IMG/VR virus record: IMGVR_UViG_3300021356_000018
Span: 223-64,222 of that record
From: a virus
Taxonomy: Duplodnaviria; Caudoviricetes
Strand: one strand, 5' to 3'
Length of the DNA: 64,000 nucleotides
Shown: positions 11,053-20,122 of the stretch, in pieces
Layout: each line of letters begins with the position of its first letter
Numbering within the stretch: position 1 is the first letter of the stretch
Made by a program: the position numbers and the translations under genes
The notes under the pieces: generated by a model
What the model was told of the DNA's origin: nothing
Seen by the model: only the letters and a program-made list of their open reading frames with translations
The model's database searches: none

Positions 11053-11060
11053 TATAAATA
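11053..11060 (+). promoter_or_regulatory. T4-type late promoter
   Basis: TATAAATA upstream of the 11109 ORF. Confidence 0.7.
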
Positions 11061-11108
11061 ATAGGTACAGCAATGTACATGACACACATACACACACAGG
11101 AGAAAAAT

Positions 11109-11321
11109 ATGTCAAATTTAACAGGCTTTGAAATCAGAGCAAATCTATTAAGTCAAGCAGAAGGAATTCTGTACAGTAATATCGAAAGAGAAATTCAAGC
11201 TGTGCAAGAGCATAACATGAATAATCCAGAAGATATCAAACCAATTCCAGTAAAGAAAATATCAGCAGCAGCTGTTATTAGTCTTGCTCGAAAATTAAAT
11301 GAGTTTGTTACTGAAAAGTAA
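11109..11321 (+). CDS. Hypothetical protein
   Basis: AGGAGA SD before ATG 11109; own late promoter and terminator. Confidence 0.7.
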   Translation: MSNLTGFEIRANLLSQAEGILYSNIEREIQAVQEHNMNNPEDIKPIPVKKISAAAVISLARKLNEFVTEK

Positions 11322-11338
11322 TTACTAGAATTAAATAG

Positions 11339-11364
11339 AAGAGGGCCAGTCATGGCCCTTTTTT
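11339..11364. terminator. Terminator between convergent genes
   Basis: AGGGCCA-GTCA-TGGCCCT followed by a T-run. Confidence 0.75.
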
Positions 11365-12184
11365 ATAATAGTGACATACCGACTCGGATTCCAATGGTCT
11401 TAAATGAATCTAGATGACCTTCTTCATAGGCTAATTTACCATTCTCAAAGTTTTTAGCTACCATTCTGATATTCTCTCCGTCAATATAGGTTAATGCACC
11501 AATCGGTGTTTGACAATCTCCGTTTATTGTTTTAAGCATTTCTTTTTCTGCCATACAACAATACCACGTTTCCATATCATTTTTGTTTTGTATTTGTTTA
11601 ATACTTTGATCGCCCTTACGAGTTTGTAAAGCAATTACACCTTGACCAGGTGCAGGCATCATATCAGCAGTACCAAATATACGACTTGCTTTAATAGTAA
11701 TTCCCATCGCATCAAGTCCTGCTTTTGCTAAAACAATAGCATCATATTCGCTATTTTCTTGTTTAGCAATTCGAGTATCTATATTACCACGAATAGGAAC
11801 AATTTCTGCACCAGGATATAATTCTTTTAATTGCCAAATTCTGCGAGGACTACTTGTGCCAATTGTTCTTGGATTAATATGATTACCAATAAGTGCATCT
11901 CTAAAATCTGCTCTTGGTAATACACAGGCGATTTCTAATTTATCATCATTATCACGAGTCAAATCTTTAAACGCATGACAAGCAATATCGATGTCACCAT
12001 CTATAAGTGATTGTTCTATCTCTTTTGTAAATACTCCTTTGCCACCCATTTCTTCAATGGATGTTGTAGGATTAAGGTCGGCTGTTGAATCGATATGTAC
12101 GATATCTAAATCAAGCTCTAAATGTTTTAAAGCTTTGTTTGTATAGGCGATCGCTAAGTCTGATTTACGAGTTCCTATTTTCAT
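11363..12184 (-). CDS. hemC: Porphobilinogen deaminase (hydroxymethylbilane synthase)
   Basis: IGTRKS, GGKGVFTKEIE, HAFKD (catalytic Asp), GTSSPRR, IRGNIDTR, PAPGQG, DCQTPIG (cofactor Cys). Confidence 0.95.
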   Translation of the reverse strand: MKIGTRKSDLAIAYTNKALKHLELDLDIVHIDSTADLNPTTSIEEMGGKGVFTKEIEQSLIDGDIDIACHAFKDLTRDNDDKLEIACVLPRADFRDALIGNHINPRTIGTSSPRRIWQLKELYPGAEIVPIRGNIDTRIAKQENSEYDAIVLAKAGLDAMGITIKASRIFGTADMMPAPGQGVIALQTRKGDQSIKQIQNKNDMETWYCCMAEKEMLKTINGDCQTPIGALTYIDGENIRMVAKNFENGKLAYEEGHLDSFKTIGIRVGMSLL

Positions 12185-12408
12185 TTACTATACTTCTTAG
12201 AAAAGTATGAGCGTAAAAGAAATATTCTAGTGTATGCTACGACTGTCATTACAAGAGTAACTAAAGTACCCAATTTGATTGGGTCTGTTATACCGAGTTT
12301 TTCAATATAAATCCAGAGCAAGAACAAATTGAGTGGATAGTTTACAGCTAAACCAGTTGCAATTTGTGTTGCTGTTTCTTTATGAATACGTTTAGTTTCA
12401 GTTTTCAC
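12181..12408 (-). CDS. Small membrane protein
   Basis: Two hydrophobic segments; ATGA overlap with hemC. Confidence 0.7.
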   Translation of the reverse strand: MKTETKRIHKETATQIATGLAVNYPLNLFLLWIYIEKLGITDPIKLGTLVTLVMTVVAYTRIFLLRSYFSKKYSK

Positions 12409-12539
12409 AGAGCTGCCATAAGTAACTTAAAACATGTATTAGCAAAAGCACCTTCGGTCCATAATATAATCATAGCTAATACACCTAGTCCAGTTAAACA
12501 CCAAACTATTTCTCTTAAAAGTTGTATAAATTTTTCCAT
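12405..12539 (-). CDS. Small membrane protein, 44 aa (not in the ORF track)
   Basis: MEKFIQLLREIVWCLTGLGVLAMIILW...; fills the gap after the tRNA; GTGA overlap with the next gene. Confidence 0.6.
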   Translation of the reverse strand: MEKFIQLLREIVWCLTGLGVLAMIILWTEGAFANTCFKLLMAAL

Positions 12540-12551
12540 AATATAAAGTGT

Positions 12552-12626
12552 TGGTACCCCGTAGGAGAGTCGAACTCCTGTTGCCGAGATGAAAACCCGG
12601 TGTCCTAACCACTAGACGAACGGGGC
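12552..12626 (-). tRNA. tRNA-Glu (TTC)
   Basis: GCCCCGTTCGTCTAGTGGTTAGGACACCGGGTTTTCATCTCGGCAACAGGAGTTCGACTCTCCTACGGGGTACCA: cloverleaf, anticodon TTC, TTCGA T-loop, encoded CCA. Confidence 0.96.
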
Positions 12627-12630
12627 AAGT

Positions 12631-12834
12631 TTATTCTTCGTCGTAACGAACTAATTCCTGCTCTGCTCCTGTGCCACGAGTTTTAACGTAGCCCATATCA
12701 ATAAGGGTATTAATTGTTTCTTGAGTAATGCGTTTAGTTTCTGAAAGTGAGGCTTTACTTTTATCAGTCTTTGCCATCAAATAACCAGCAATGGTAAAAA
12801 CTATTGATGTTATGATAAATTGAGTTGTATCCAC
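12631..12834 (-). CDS. Hypothetical protein with N-terminal TM helix
   Basis: ORF track; packed in the operon. Confidence 0.6.
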   Translation of the reverse strand: MDTTQFIITSIVFTIAGYLMAKTDKSKASLSETKRITQETINTLIDMGYVKTRGTGAEQELVRYDEE

Positions 12835-13116
12835 TTAGACATCCCCGTATCTTGCTAAAACTTTTTCAATAATTTTTTGTTGAGCTGTTAGTTCAACATC
12901 TTCATCTATTTCTTTTTCGATTATATCTGTTTCATCTGCATCAGGAACAAAATCTTCTGTAGAAATAAATTTCTGCTCGATAGCTAAATCATAAACTAAA
13001 TTTTCACCTAGTTCATCAAGCTTACTTAGAGCAGCATATAATACCGTTTCAGTATCTAAACTACCGTCGGTACATTCCTTCATTAAAGTTTTAACCATAT
13101 CTTGGTTCATTGCCAT
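12835..13116 (-). CDS. Hypothetical acidic protein
   Basis: Start moved to ATG 13116, after an AAGGAGG SD. Confidence 0.65.
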   Translation of the reverse strand: MAMNQDMVKTLMKECTDGSLDTETVLYAALSKLDELGENLVYDLAIEQKFISTEDFVPDADETDIIEKEIDEDVELTAQQKIIEKVLARYGDV

Positions 13117-13156
13117 TAGTGCCTCCTTAATATACTTATAATAAACAATATTTCTC

Positions 13157-13756
13157 TTACGACGCTTCGTTGAGTGTTGCGTATGGTAAATGACCATCGT
13201 AACCTTCATATCCGCGCCACCAGCTAGGTGCTGGTCGACCCCAATCCCATTTCGCAAAAGGTTTTGCGGCATGGTAATAGTTTCTGTATGCCTGAACTGG
13301 GTCGCCTTCAACTTTACAGTCAGGATAATGGCTCATTGCTTGTGCAAATTCAGTGAGCCCAATGTCTGGTATATTTTTAGGTGGCTTACTTAGCATGATG
13401 CCAAGTTTGTTCCACGTTGCATGTATTTTATTTCTACGATATTCGTATTCGTTAGCTAGGCCACGAAAGTGTTCGTAATGCCATTCATAATTAGTCTTAC
13501 TTTCTGCAGTCCACGTTGTACAAGGGTGGAATTTATGAACAGCTAAATAGTACATGTCATCTCTTTCGTCACCAAAAGAGTAGTACGTTTGTATAGTTTT
13601 ACCTGAACGTGATGGTCTTTTTTCTGGTATACCATCGAGCATTCGGTGTACTGTTGAAAGCATTTGAGCACTCTCAACAATCATTTTGGGTATATGTTTA
13701 TCGCAACACATTTGTGCAGCAATAATTGGATTTTCGTCAAGTACAAATATATTCAT
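13157..13756 (-). CDS. Pyrimidine-dimer glycosylase/DenV-like family protein
   Basis: MNIFVLD...DKHIPKMIVESAQMLST, HPCTTW, AYRNYY; family common in T4-like marine phages. Confidence 0.7.
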   Translation of the reverse strand: MNIFVLDENPIIAAQMCCDKHIPKMIVESAQMLSTVHRMLDGIPEKRPSRSGKTIQTYYSFGDERDDMYYLAVHKFHPCTTWTAESKTNYEWHYEHFRGLANEYEYRRNKIHATWNKLGIMLSKPPKNIPDIGLTEFAQAMSHYPDCKVEGDPVQAYRNYYHAAKPFAKWDWGRPAPSWWRGYEGYDGHLPYATLNEAS

Positions 13757-13965
13757 TTTACCCAGATGTGATTATATTTTTCAGGTAGAGATTCGCAAGT
13801 GTAATCAAAACGCTCATCATAATTAATAACTTTTACACATTCGCCTGTTGAGTGACTGATATGCACATCAGGCATAGATGCAACAGAACTTAGTCCCATA
13901 TAGAATCCAGCACCAACTAGGCATATAAAAATTACTGTAAAGATTGCATTACGCATTGTATTCAC
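13753..13965 (-). CDS. Small membrane-anchored hypothetical protein
   Basis: N-terminal TM, Cys pair. Confidence 0.6.
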   Translation of the reverse strand: MNTMRNAIFTVIFICLVGAGFYMGLSSVASMPDVHISHSTGECVKVINYDERFDYTCESLPEKYNHIWVK

Positions 13966-14143
13966 CTACCTTTTTAAACTTTCTTCTTGCCTTAGAAAAT
14001 TGTTTCATTGGAGATTTGAATGTTTTCAACTCTCCGTTTAGTGCTTGATAAGCAACTAATTGACCAAGCCCATTGACATGATATTGGCCATTTGCAACTG
14101 GAGCATCGCCCCAGTCAGTTATTTCTTGAAGAATTTCAATCAT
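13949..14143 (-). CDS. Hypothetical protein
   Basis: Overlap-coupled ORF. Confidence 0.6.
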   Translation of the reverse strand: MIEILQEITDWGDAPVANGQYHVNGLGQLVAYQALNGELKTFKSPMKQFSKARRKFKKVGEYNA

Positions 14144-14364
14144 CTATAAGAACCTAGTAGTTTAGGACCTTTGGTCACAAAATCCATTCCTGCAAAGCTT
14201 CCGTGGTAATCACCGTACTTTGCATTATAAGAGAAGTTAACTTTAACGGTATTCATGTATACCGATAAGCTTTGTTCTGCTACGAAGTGCGAAACTTCAG
14301 CTTCGACTTCTTTTCCACTGTCGACATTTTCGACAATACATTCTTTAGCATAAGTATGATTCAT
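14140..14364 (-). CDS. Hypothetical protein
   Basis: Overlap-coupled ORF. Confidence 0.6.
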   Translation of the reverse strand: MNHTYAKECIVENVDSGKEVEAEVSHFVAEQSLSVYMNTVKVNFSYNAKYGDYHGSFAGMDFVTKGPKLLGSYR

Positions 14365-14365
14365 G

Positions 14366-14641
14366 TTACACCGCCTTTAGAAGTGTAGGAGCTACTCTCC
14401 ACAAACCAGCGTCTGTAGAAACTTGGATGTTTTTAATCATTACCTTAGTAACAACACCCTCGATTTTCTGTCCACGCTTATCGTTGAAGAATACGTTCTG
14501 TCCAACAGTAAAGCTATTCTTAGCCATTTGAGTTTTAGCTTTGAATTGCGTGTTGAACATTTGAGAAATCTCTTTCATTTGGCTTGAGTCAGCCTTAGCA
14601 AAAAGAGCATTCAGTTTAGTCATTTCAGATTTAGTTAGCAT
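14366..14641 (-). CDS. Hypothetical early protein (SH3-like C-terminus)
   Basis: AAAGGA SD; FTVGQNVFF...GVVTKV...WRVAPTLL pattern. Confidence 0.65.
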   Translation of the reverse strand: MLTKSEMTKLNALFAKADSSQMKEISQMFNTQFKAKTQMAKNSFTVGQNVFFNDKRGQKIEGVVTKVMIKNIQVSTDAGLWRVAPTLLKAV

Positions 14642-14675
14642 AATATAATTCCTTTCCTCATTAATTTATGGGTCT

Positions 14676-14704
14676 ATTATAACCCGTTTGATTTGATTTG
14701 TCAA
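14676..14704 (-). promoter_or_regulatory. Sigma70-type early promoter
   Basis: TTGACA-N17-TATAAT with A-tract upstream. Confidence 0.9.
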
Positions 14705-14727
14705 CCTTTTTTTGCATTTATTTTAAA

Positions 14728-15051
14728 TTAAAATGCAAATGCTTGTTGTTGTGTGTGGTAACCAGCAGCTTTTCCGTAGAATCCTAATGATTCTAGTTTT
14801 AGTACTAGTTCGTCGAAATCGTGAGGTGTTTCACCTTCTGCATATTGTGGATATATGCCTACTGTTAACGGGTCATTGATAAAGAATTGGCAACCCTCAA
14901 ACTCTGGATTTGCTGAGCAAAATTCGTTGACTAAAGCAACTCCTTTTCTCCATGTTACTTGAGATTTATGTCTCATTTCAAAGTCAGATATGTACATATC
15001 TTTCCTTGTTAAAGTTGGTTCTGGTTGGTTTCCTAAGATTCTATATTCCAT
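14728..15051 (-). CDS. Hypothetical early protein
   Basis: GGAGA SD; downstream of a promoter. Confidence 0.7.
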   Translation of the reverse strand: MEYRILGNQPEPTLTRKDMYISDFEMRHKSQVTWRKGVALVNEFCSANPEFEGCQFFINDPLTVGIYPQYAEGETPHDFDELVLKLESLGFYGKAAGYHTQQQAFAF

Positions 15052-15082
15052 TTATTCTCCGTTTTATTTAAAATATGAGTAT

Positions 15083-15111
15083 ATTATAATTGGTTTTGTA
15101 TCGTTTGTCAA
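15083..15111 (-). promoter_or_regulatory. Sigma70-type early promoter
   Basis: TTGACA-N17-TATAAT. Confidence 0.9.
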
Positions 15112-15155
15112 CCCTTTTTGTTAAAATAATTCACCTTTTTTTCAATTTGTTTTAT

Positions 15156-15163
15156 TATAAATA
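15156..15163 (+). promoter_or_regulatory. T4-type late promoter heading the curli-like operon
   Basis: TATAAATA 38 nt upstream of ATG 15201. Confidence 0.75.
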
Positions 15164-15200
15164 GAATCTGAGGCCCAAAGCTTCGTAAATGGAGTAAAAA

Positions 15201-15497
15201 ATGGAACAAATCTTGCAATTGATATCAGACGTCGGACTACCTATTGCTGGCGCACTAACAATGGGATTTTTCATATTTCTTATTATTAAGCAAATATTCG
15301 AAGGAATCATTGATAGTATCAAAACTCTAACAATTTTCAGTGAGGGTCTAGAAAATAGAGCGCGTTCTATGAGTAATGAAATTGTTAAAATCGACCTTTT
15401 AGTCAGTAGTGCATTAGACTTAAGACCTGATACGGATAGAATTGCAAGAGCAGAAAATTTTGTTGAAGACGGGAAAGTTGACGTAAGGAGAGACTGA
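15201..15497 (+). CDS. Small TM plus coiled-coil protein (YvrJ/BhlA-like)
   Basis: QLISDVGLPI followed by a hydrophobic helix; GGAG SD. Confidence 0.6.
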   Translation: MEQILQLISDVGLPIAGALTMGFFIFLIIKQIFEGIIDSIKTLTIFSEGLENRARSMSNEIVKIDLLVSSALDLRPDTDRIARAENFVEDGKVDVRRD

Positions 15498-15707
15498 ATG
15501 TTATATTTTGATTTTCCATTTTCTATTACTGAAAATGGGTTGAAGTTAATTGGTGTGGATACAGAATTGGAACCACATCAGCAAGTAAAAGTTGATAGAA
15601 CACCGCTTAATGTAGGTGATACTTTTACATTGGAGTTAGATGAAGATGGATGTATGGTTTTTAGAAAACATGCACCAGTACAATATGAGTTAAACTTTGG
15701 AATTTGA
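15498..15707 (+). CDS. Hypothetical protein
   Basis: AGGAGA SD; abuts neighbours. Confidence 0.6.
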   Translation: MLYFDFPFSITENGLKLIGVDTELEPHQQVKVDRTPLNVGDTFTLELDEDGCMVFRKHAPVQYELNFGI

Positions 15708-16002
15708 TATAGCAACATTAATATCCGAATATGGCTTCCCAACAATCATGGTGGTAGGTCTAGGATATTTTGTTTATTTCGTTTGGAAATTTATTAACGA
15801 ACAAATAAACCCAGCTATTGATAAACACCACATGCAACTTATTAAAGTGATTGATAGAGTAAGAATGCTCGACCAAGACTTAATTCGTTTACAACAGAAA
15901 GTAAATGTAGTTTTGGAATATCGAGCAAGACAAGAACTGATGCAACACTATGATGATAAAATTGAGGCAGAGAAAAAAGATGAAAAAACTAAAGATAATT
16001 AA
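15697..16002 (+). CDS. Small TM plus coiled-coil protein, paralog-like to 15201
   Basis: TLISEYGFPT followed by a hydrophobic helix and coiled coil. Confidence 0.6.
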   Translation: MEFDIATLISEYGFPTIMVVGLGYFVYFVWKFINEQINPAIDKHHMQLIKVIDRVRMLDQDLIRLQQKVNVVLEYRARQELMQHYDDKIEAEKKDEKTKDN

Positions 16003-16492
16003 TAAGACATTACTAGGGATTCTAGTTTTACTTTTATACTTTAGTGCACAGCATGTAATGGCTGAGCCTATTGTTCATAAATTTAAAAATCCATCTTTTA
16101 GTGGAGTAGGAACTGGTGCTCATTACTTAACTATTGAGAACCAAGAACACAGCAGAAAGAAAGCAATTAAAGATGCTCTTGAAGCTGCAGAAAGAGCTGC
16201 ACAAAGAGAATTAGATAATTCTACTCTATCAAAGTTTATTCGTAACTTGGAAAGTAGAATTTATGCTCAGTTAGCAAAACAGTTAGTAGACAATATGTTC
16301 TCTAACGATGACGCAGTAAGATTTGGATCTTTTACATTGGAAGGTTCAGTCGTAACATATGAAGTCATTACAAATGCAGACGGTACAGAATTTATTAAGA
16401 TGACAATTACTGACGAGAATGGTACTACAACTGTTATCGAGATTCCAGTAGGTACAGGAAACTTTGGAAGTGAGAATCCAGATGGCGGCTAA
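15980..16492 (+). CDS. csgF: Curli assembly protein CsgF-like
   Basis: Signal peptide, then IVHKFKNPSFSG (CsgF FxNPxFGG-like), FIRNLESRIYAQL and TTVIEIP; directly upstream of csgG. Confidence 0.85.
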   Translation: MKKLKIINKTLLGILVLLLYFSAQHVMAEPIVHKFKNPSFSGVGTGAHYLTIENQEHSRKKAIKDALEAAERAAQRELDNSTLSKFIRNLESRIYAQLAKQLVDNMFSNDDAVRFGSFTLEGSVVTYEVITNADGTEFIKMTITDENGTTTVIEIPVGTGNFGSENPDGG

Positions 16493-17453
16493 AATATTAC
16501 CTGCACTTATGTCAACACTTATCTTGGCAAGTTGTGCACAAATGCCACAGTGGTCTGATGGACCAGCTTATTGTGAATATGGCGAAGGAAGATTTGCACA
16601 AGGATTTAATACCGATTTTGATAATGATGGTATTATAAATGATGATGCTTTAAGTTTTGGAAAACAAATATATACCGGTACTCGTAAATATGTTGAAACA
16701 AAACAAATTTGTGTCGAGGCACCAGAAGTTGTAAGGTTACCATCATATATTGATTTGCTTAATTTACCACCTGCTAAAAATAAGCCTGTGGTTGCTGTAT
16801 ATAACTTTTTAGATAAAACAGGACAACGTAAAGATTCAGTTTCTGGTCAAAGCTTTTCAACAGCTGTAACTCAAGGCGGAACTGAATTATTAATTGATGC
16901 ACTCAAAACAGCAGGTGATGGTGCATGGTTTAGAGTAGTAGAAAGACAAGGGATTGATGCTTTAGTGAGAGAACGACAAATTATTCGTTCTGGCCGAGAC
17001 GAAGCTGCTAGAGTATTAGGCGAAGAGCCACAAAATTTAGGACCACTTTTATTCGCAGGAATGATAATCGAAGGTGGTATTATCGGTTATGATAGTAATA
17101 TTAAAACCGGTGGCAGAGGAGCAAGAACACTTGGTATTGGATTTAGTAAACAATACAGACAAGACCAAGTAACTGTTTCCGTAAGAGCAGTATCTGTTCT
17201 TACAGGTGAAGTACTATTGAACGTACAAACGAAAAAGACAATTTTAAGTTATGGCTCAGGTGGTGATTTATTTAGATTTTATGAACAAGGAACACAGTTA
17301 GTAGAGTATGAAGACGGTGTAGGAAATAATGAGAGTGTGACGTATGCAGTGCGAACAGCAATAGAAGCTGCCGTGCTGGAAATGGTCTATCAAGGTAATC
17401 GTCGTGGATACTGGGAAATAGACTGGAATAAAAATAAAGAGGAAGAAGAATGA
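16482..17453 (+). CDS. csgG: Curli secretion channel lipoprotein CsgG
   Basis: Lipobox LASC; VAVYNFLDKTGQRK, FSTAVTQG, WFRVVERQG, EGGIIGYDSN, TGEVLLNV. Confidence 0.95.
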   Translation: MAAKILPALMSTLILASCAQMPQWSDGPAYCEYGEGRFAQGFNTDFDNDGIINDDALSFGKQIYTGTRKYVETKQICVEAPEVVRLPSYIDLLNLPPAKNKPVVAVYNFLDKTGQRKDSVSGQSFSTAVTQGGTELLIDALKTAGDGAWFRVVERQGIDALVRERQIIRSGRDEAARVLGEEPQNLGPLLFAGMIIEGGIIGYDSNIKTGGRGARTLGIGFSKQYRQDQVTVSVRAVSVLTGEVLLNVQTKKTILSYGSGGDLFRFYEQGTQLVEYEDGVGNNESVTYAVRTAIEAAVLEMVYQGNRRGYWEIDWNKNKEEEE

Positions 17454-18175
17454 TTAGAAAACTTTTAGGCCTAAGTTTAATTATTCCAACTTTCGCATTT
17501 GCGCAAGCTACTGACGATAATGAAATTAATATTGAGCAGGTTGGTGATACTTTAACACTATACATTGACCAATATGGATATGGTAACAAAATAGGATTGG
17601 ACAACTTTTCAAGTAGTTCAAGTGCTATGGTAATTACTGGTTCAAGCTTAGATATTGATATCGACCAAATAGGTAACGAAAACTTGTTATTTGGTACATT
17701 AACAGCAGATAGCTATGTTATGAATCTATTGTTTACTGGTGACAGTAACTCTTGGGATTGGAACATTGGTGATACAGGCTCATCTGATAGCTCTACAATG
17801 GATGTGGATATCACAGGTGATTCTAACACTATGGACTTTGACCAAGGATTTAATGCAAGTGCTGAGAGATTGGATTTTGATTTAACCTTAATAGGTGACA
17901 GTAATATTTTTGATGTTGATATTGACGTGGACGACGCAATATGGAATTTTGACGTAACGGGTGGTTCAAACAATATTAATACTATGCAGAAAGATGGAGC
18001 AGAACATGAGATTAATTTAACTCTCGATGGTTCATCTGCTGATATTGATATTAATCAAATGAGTGGAACATGCCCTACAGGTGTATCAACTTGTAATGGC
18101 ATTATTACATTAGATGTCGACAGCGAAAATGCTACAATTCAGATTAATCAAAAAGATTCATCTAACGATAGCTAG
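17450..18175 (+). CDS. Curlin-like secreted beta-solenoid repeat protein 1 (CsgA/CsgB-like)
   Basis: Signal peptide (AFA); repeats NEINIEQVG, LYIDQYG, IDIDQIGNEN, GDSNTMDFDQ, IQINQ. Confidence 0.75.
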   Translation: MIRKLLGLSLIIPTFAFAQATDDNEINIEQVGDTLTLYIDQYGYGNKIGLDNFSSSSSAMVITGSSLDIDIDQIGNENLLFGTLTADSYVMNLLFTGDSNSWDWNIGDTGSSDSSTMDVDITGDSNTMDFDQGFNASAERLDFDLTLIGDSNIFDVDIDVDDAIWNFDVTGGSNNINTMQKDGAEHEINLTLDGSSADIDINQMSGTCPTGVSTCNGIITLDVDSENATIQINQKDSSNDS

Positions 18176-19280
18176 TATTTTCCTAATGTTGCCGTTGAGT
18201 TTGTCTGCAGCAGACTCAATTGGCAACATTGTTGAATACAAAGGCGATGCAACTTTAACCAGAGAAGCTGGTGAAGAGTTTGTAGTAACTGGTGCGTTTA
18301 TACCAGACATCGAAATGAACGATACGGCCGAAACAGAAAATGGCCGAATTAAAATAGAATTTTTAGACGAGGCAGAACTTAGCCTCACAGAAAACACAAA
18401 AGTATACATCGATAAAGTATACTATGACCCAGACCCAAGCAAATCAAAAATGGCCATGAGAATGGCAATGGGAACTGCAAGATTTGCATCTGGTCGTTTG
18501 GGTATGGTCAATAAAAACAATATTGATATACAAACACCCACAGCTACAATATCAGTTCGTGGTACAGATTTTACAACAACAATAGACGAATTAGGGAGGA
18601 GCCTCGTAGTACTACTTCCTGATGATAAAGGTAATCCATCAGGCACAATAGAAGTATTCAATCTGGGTGGTTCTGTGATTCTAGATGAGGCCTACGCAGC
18701 TACAATGGTCTCAACTTTAGATAGTCCACCCACTAATTCTGTCACAATAAACAATATAACACCAGCGATGATTGATAACATGTTTATCGTATCACCGCCT
18801 CAAGAAGTACAAGAATCTATAGACGAAGAGTTAGCAGATGACGCAAACCAAGACCAAGGTTTACTTGACATTGACTTCTTAGAATTTAATGAATTAGAAT
18901 ATGATTATTTAGCTGATGACGCTTTAGAATTTACAGAATTAGATATTGATTATCTTGATGTAGATTTCTTAACTGACCTTTTAGATGTAGTAGAAGAATT
19001 AGTTAAAACTACAGCAGCACTCGACGATAGAGCTATTTCAAGTAGTTCTTTTGGAGCACAACTTAAGGGTGCAGATTTTGGATTAAATGCAGATTCGCAA
19101 TACAACGTTTTTGAAGATAGTGGTAGAATTGTATTTTACAGAAATGTACAAGGAACAATACGACTCGTATTTGCAGTAGATGCTTCAGTTAAACTTGACA
19201 CTGAAGTAGATGGATATTCTGGTATCATTGACTTGAACAATGGCCAAAATTCAATAATTGTAATTAAGCAAGGTGGATAA
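18129..19280 (+). CDS. Secreted FecR-domain protein with acidic low-complexity linker
   Basis: Signal-like N-terminus; DTAETENGRIKIEFLDEAELSLTENT...GTARF...TPTATISVRGTDF; start could be 18114. Confidence 0.85.
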   Translation: MLQFRLIKKIHLTIASIFLMLPLSLSAADSIGNIVEYKGDATLTREAGEEFVVTGAFIPDIEMNDTAETENGRIKIEFLDEAELSLTENTKVYIDKVYYDPDPSKSKMAMRMAMGTARFASGRLGMVNKNNIDIQTPTATISVRGTDFTTTIDELGRSLVVLLPDDKGNPSGTIEVFNLGGSVILDEAYAATMVSTLDSPPTNSVTINNITPAMIDNMFIVSPPQEVQESIDEELADDANQDQGLLDIDFLEFNELEYDYLADDALEFTELDIDYLDVDFLTDLLDVVEELVKTTAALDDRAISSSSFGAQLKGADFGLNADSQYNVFEDSGRIVFYRNVQGTIRLVFAVDASVKLDTEVDGYSGIIDLNNGQNSIIVIKQGG

Positions 19281-19372
19281 ATAATAATGAGGTATAAAAA
19301 TAATTACCAACGTTATTTAAGATTAAAATATGGATGGTTGCAAAGACCAGGACAGATAGTGGATATTTACAT

Positions 19373-20122
19373 ATGAAAGACGAAAAAATAGATAGAGGTT
19401 TACTATACTTAGGATGGTTCATTCTAGGAATGTATTTGTTTCTTGCTGCAGGAAAAGCTTATGGCGATAACGAAATCAGTATAGAACAAACCGGAGATAA
19501 TCTTCAATTAGGCATCGACCAATTTGGTTATGATAATGTAATCCAAATGTTAGATAGTAATTCATACATTACAGCATCGAGTTTGGATATGTATTTGGTT
19601 CAATACAATGACCATACAACAACACTTCCTAATTCAATTACATTTGATGAAGTAAGTGGTTCAGGTAATCAAATGAAATTAGGTCAAGGTGTCGATTGGG
19701 ATACTCTCGATTCTGATACAGATTTAAATTGGTCATATGATTACTATGAAGGTGGTGGACACGAGATTGATATTACTTTATATGGTAACAATAATCAATT
19801 GGCAGTTCAACAAACAAACCAAACAGATGCAACAGACGGACACAACTTTGATTTACATTTAGCAGGTAGTAATAACGAAGTTAAAATTAAACAACAAAGT
19901 AGTGGCGTAAAGAATGTAGACCTTACAATATACAACGATTTTAACGATGTGTTCATTCGCCAAAAAGGCGCCAATGCAACTCATAATGCTAATATTACTC
20001 TTGATGGTTTATATGGAACAGATTTAATTTTAAAACAAATGAGTACAACTAATCAGACATATAACTTATCAGTAGATTGTATGAACTCGAATGGTTGTGG
20101 TGTAACGGTGACGCAAGAATAA
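19373..20122 (+). CDS. Curlin-like secreted repeat protein 2
   Basis: Signal peptide (AYG); NEISIEQTG, LGIDQFG, NNNQLAVQQ, NNEVKIKQ, NDVFIRQKG; start 19334 or 19373. Confidence 0.75.
   Translation: MKDEKIDRGLLYLGWFILGMYLFLAAGKAYGDNEISIEQTGDNLQLGIDQFGYDNVIQMLDSNSYITASSLDMYLVQYNDHTTTLPNSITFDEVSGSGNQMKLGQGVDWDTLDSDTDLNWSYDYYEGGGHEIDITLYGNNNQLAVQQTNQTDATDGHNFDLHLAGSNNEVKIKQQSSGVKNVDLTIYNDFNDVFIRQKGANATHNANITLDGLYGTDLILKQMSTTNQTYNLSVDCMNSNGCGVTVTQE

Noticed and set aside
11083-11098. CA-rich run ACACATACACACACA
   Set aside because: Short unstructured leader before an SD; too short to support phase variation or a repeat call
13117-13311. 5' extension of ORF 12835..13311
   Set aside because: Overlaps the DenV-like gene; a strong AAGGAGG SD marks ATG 13116
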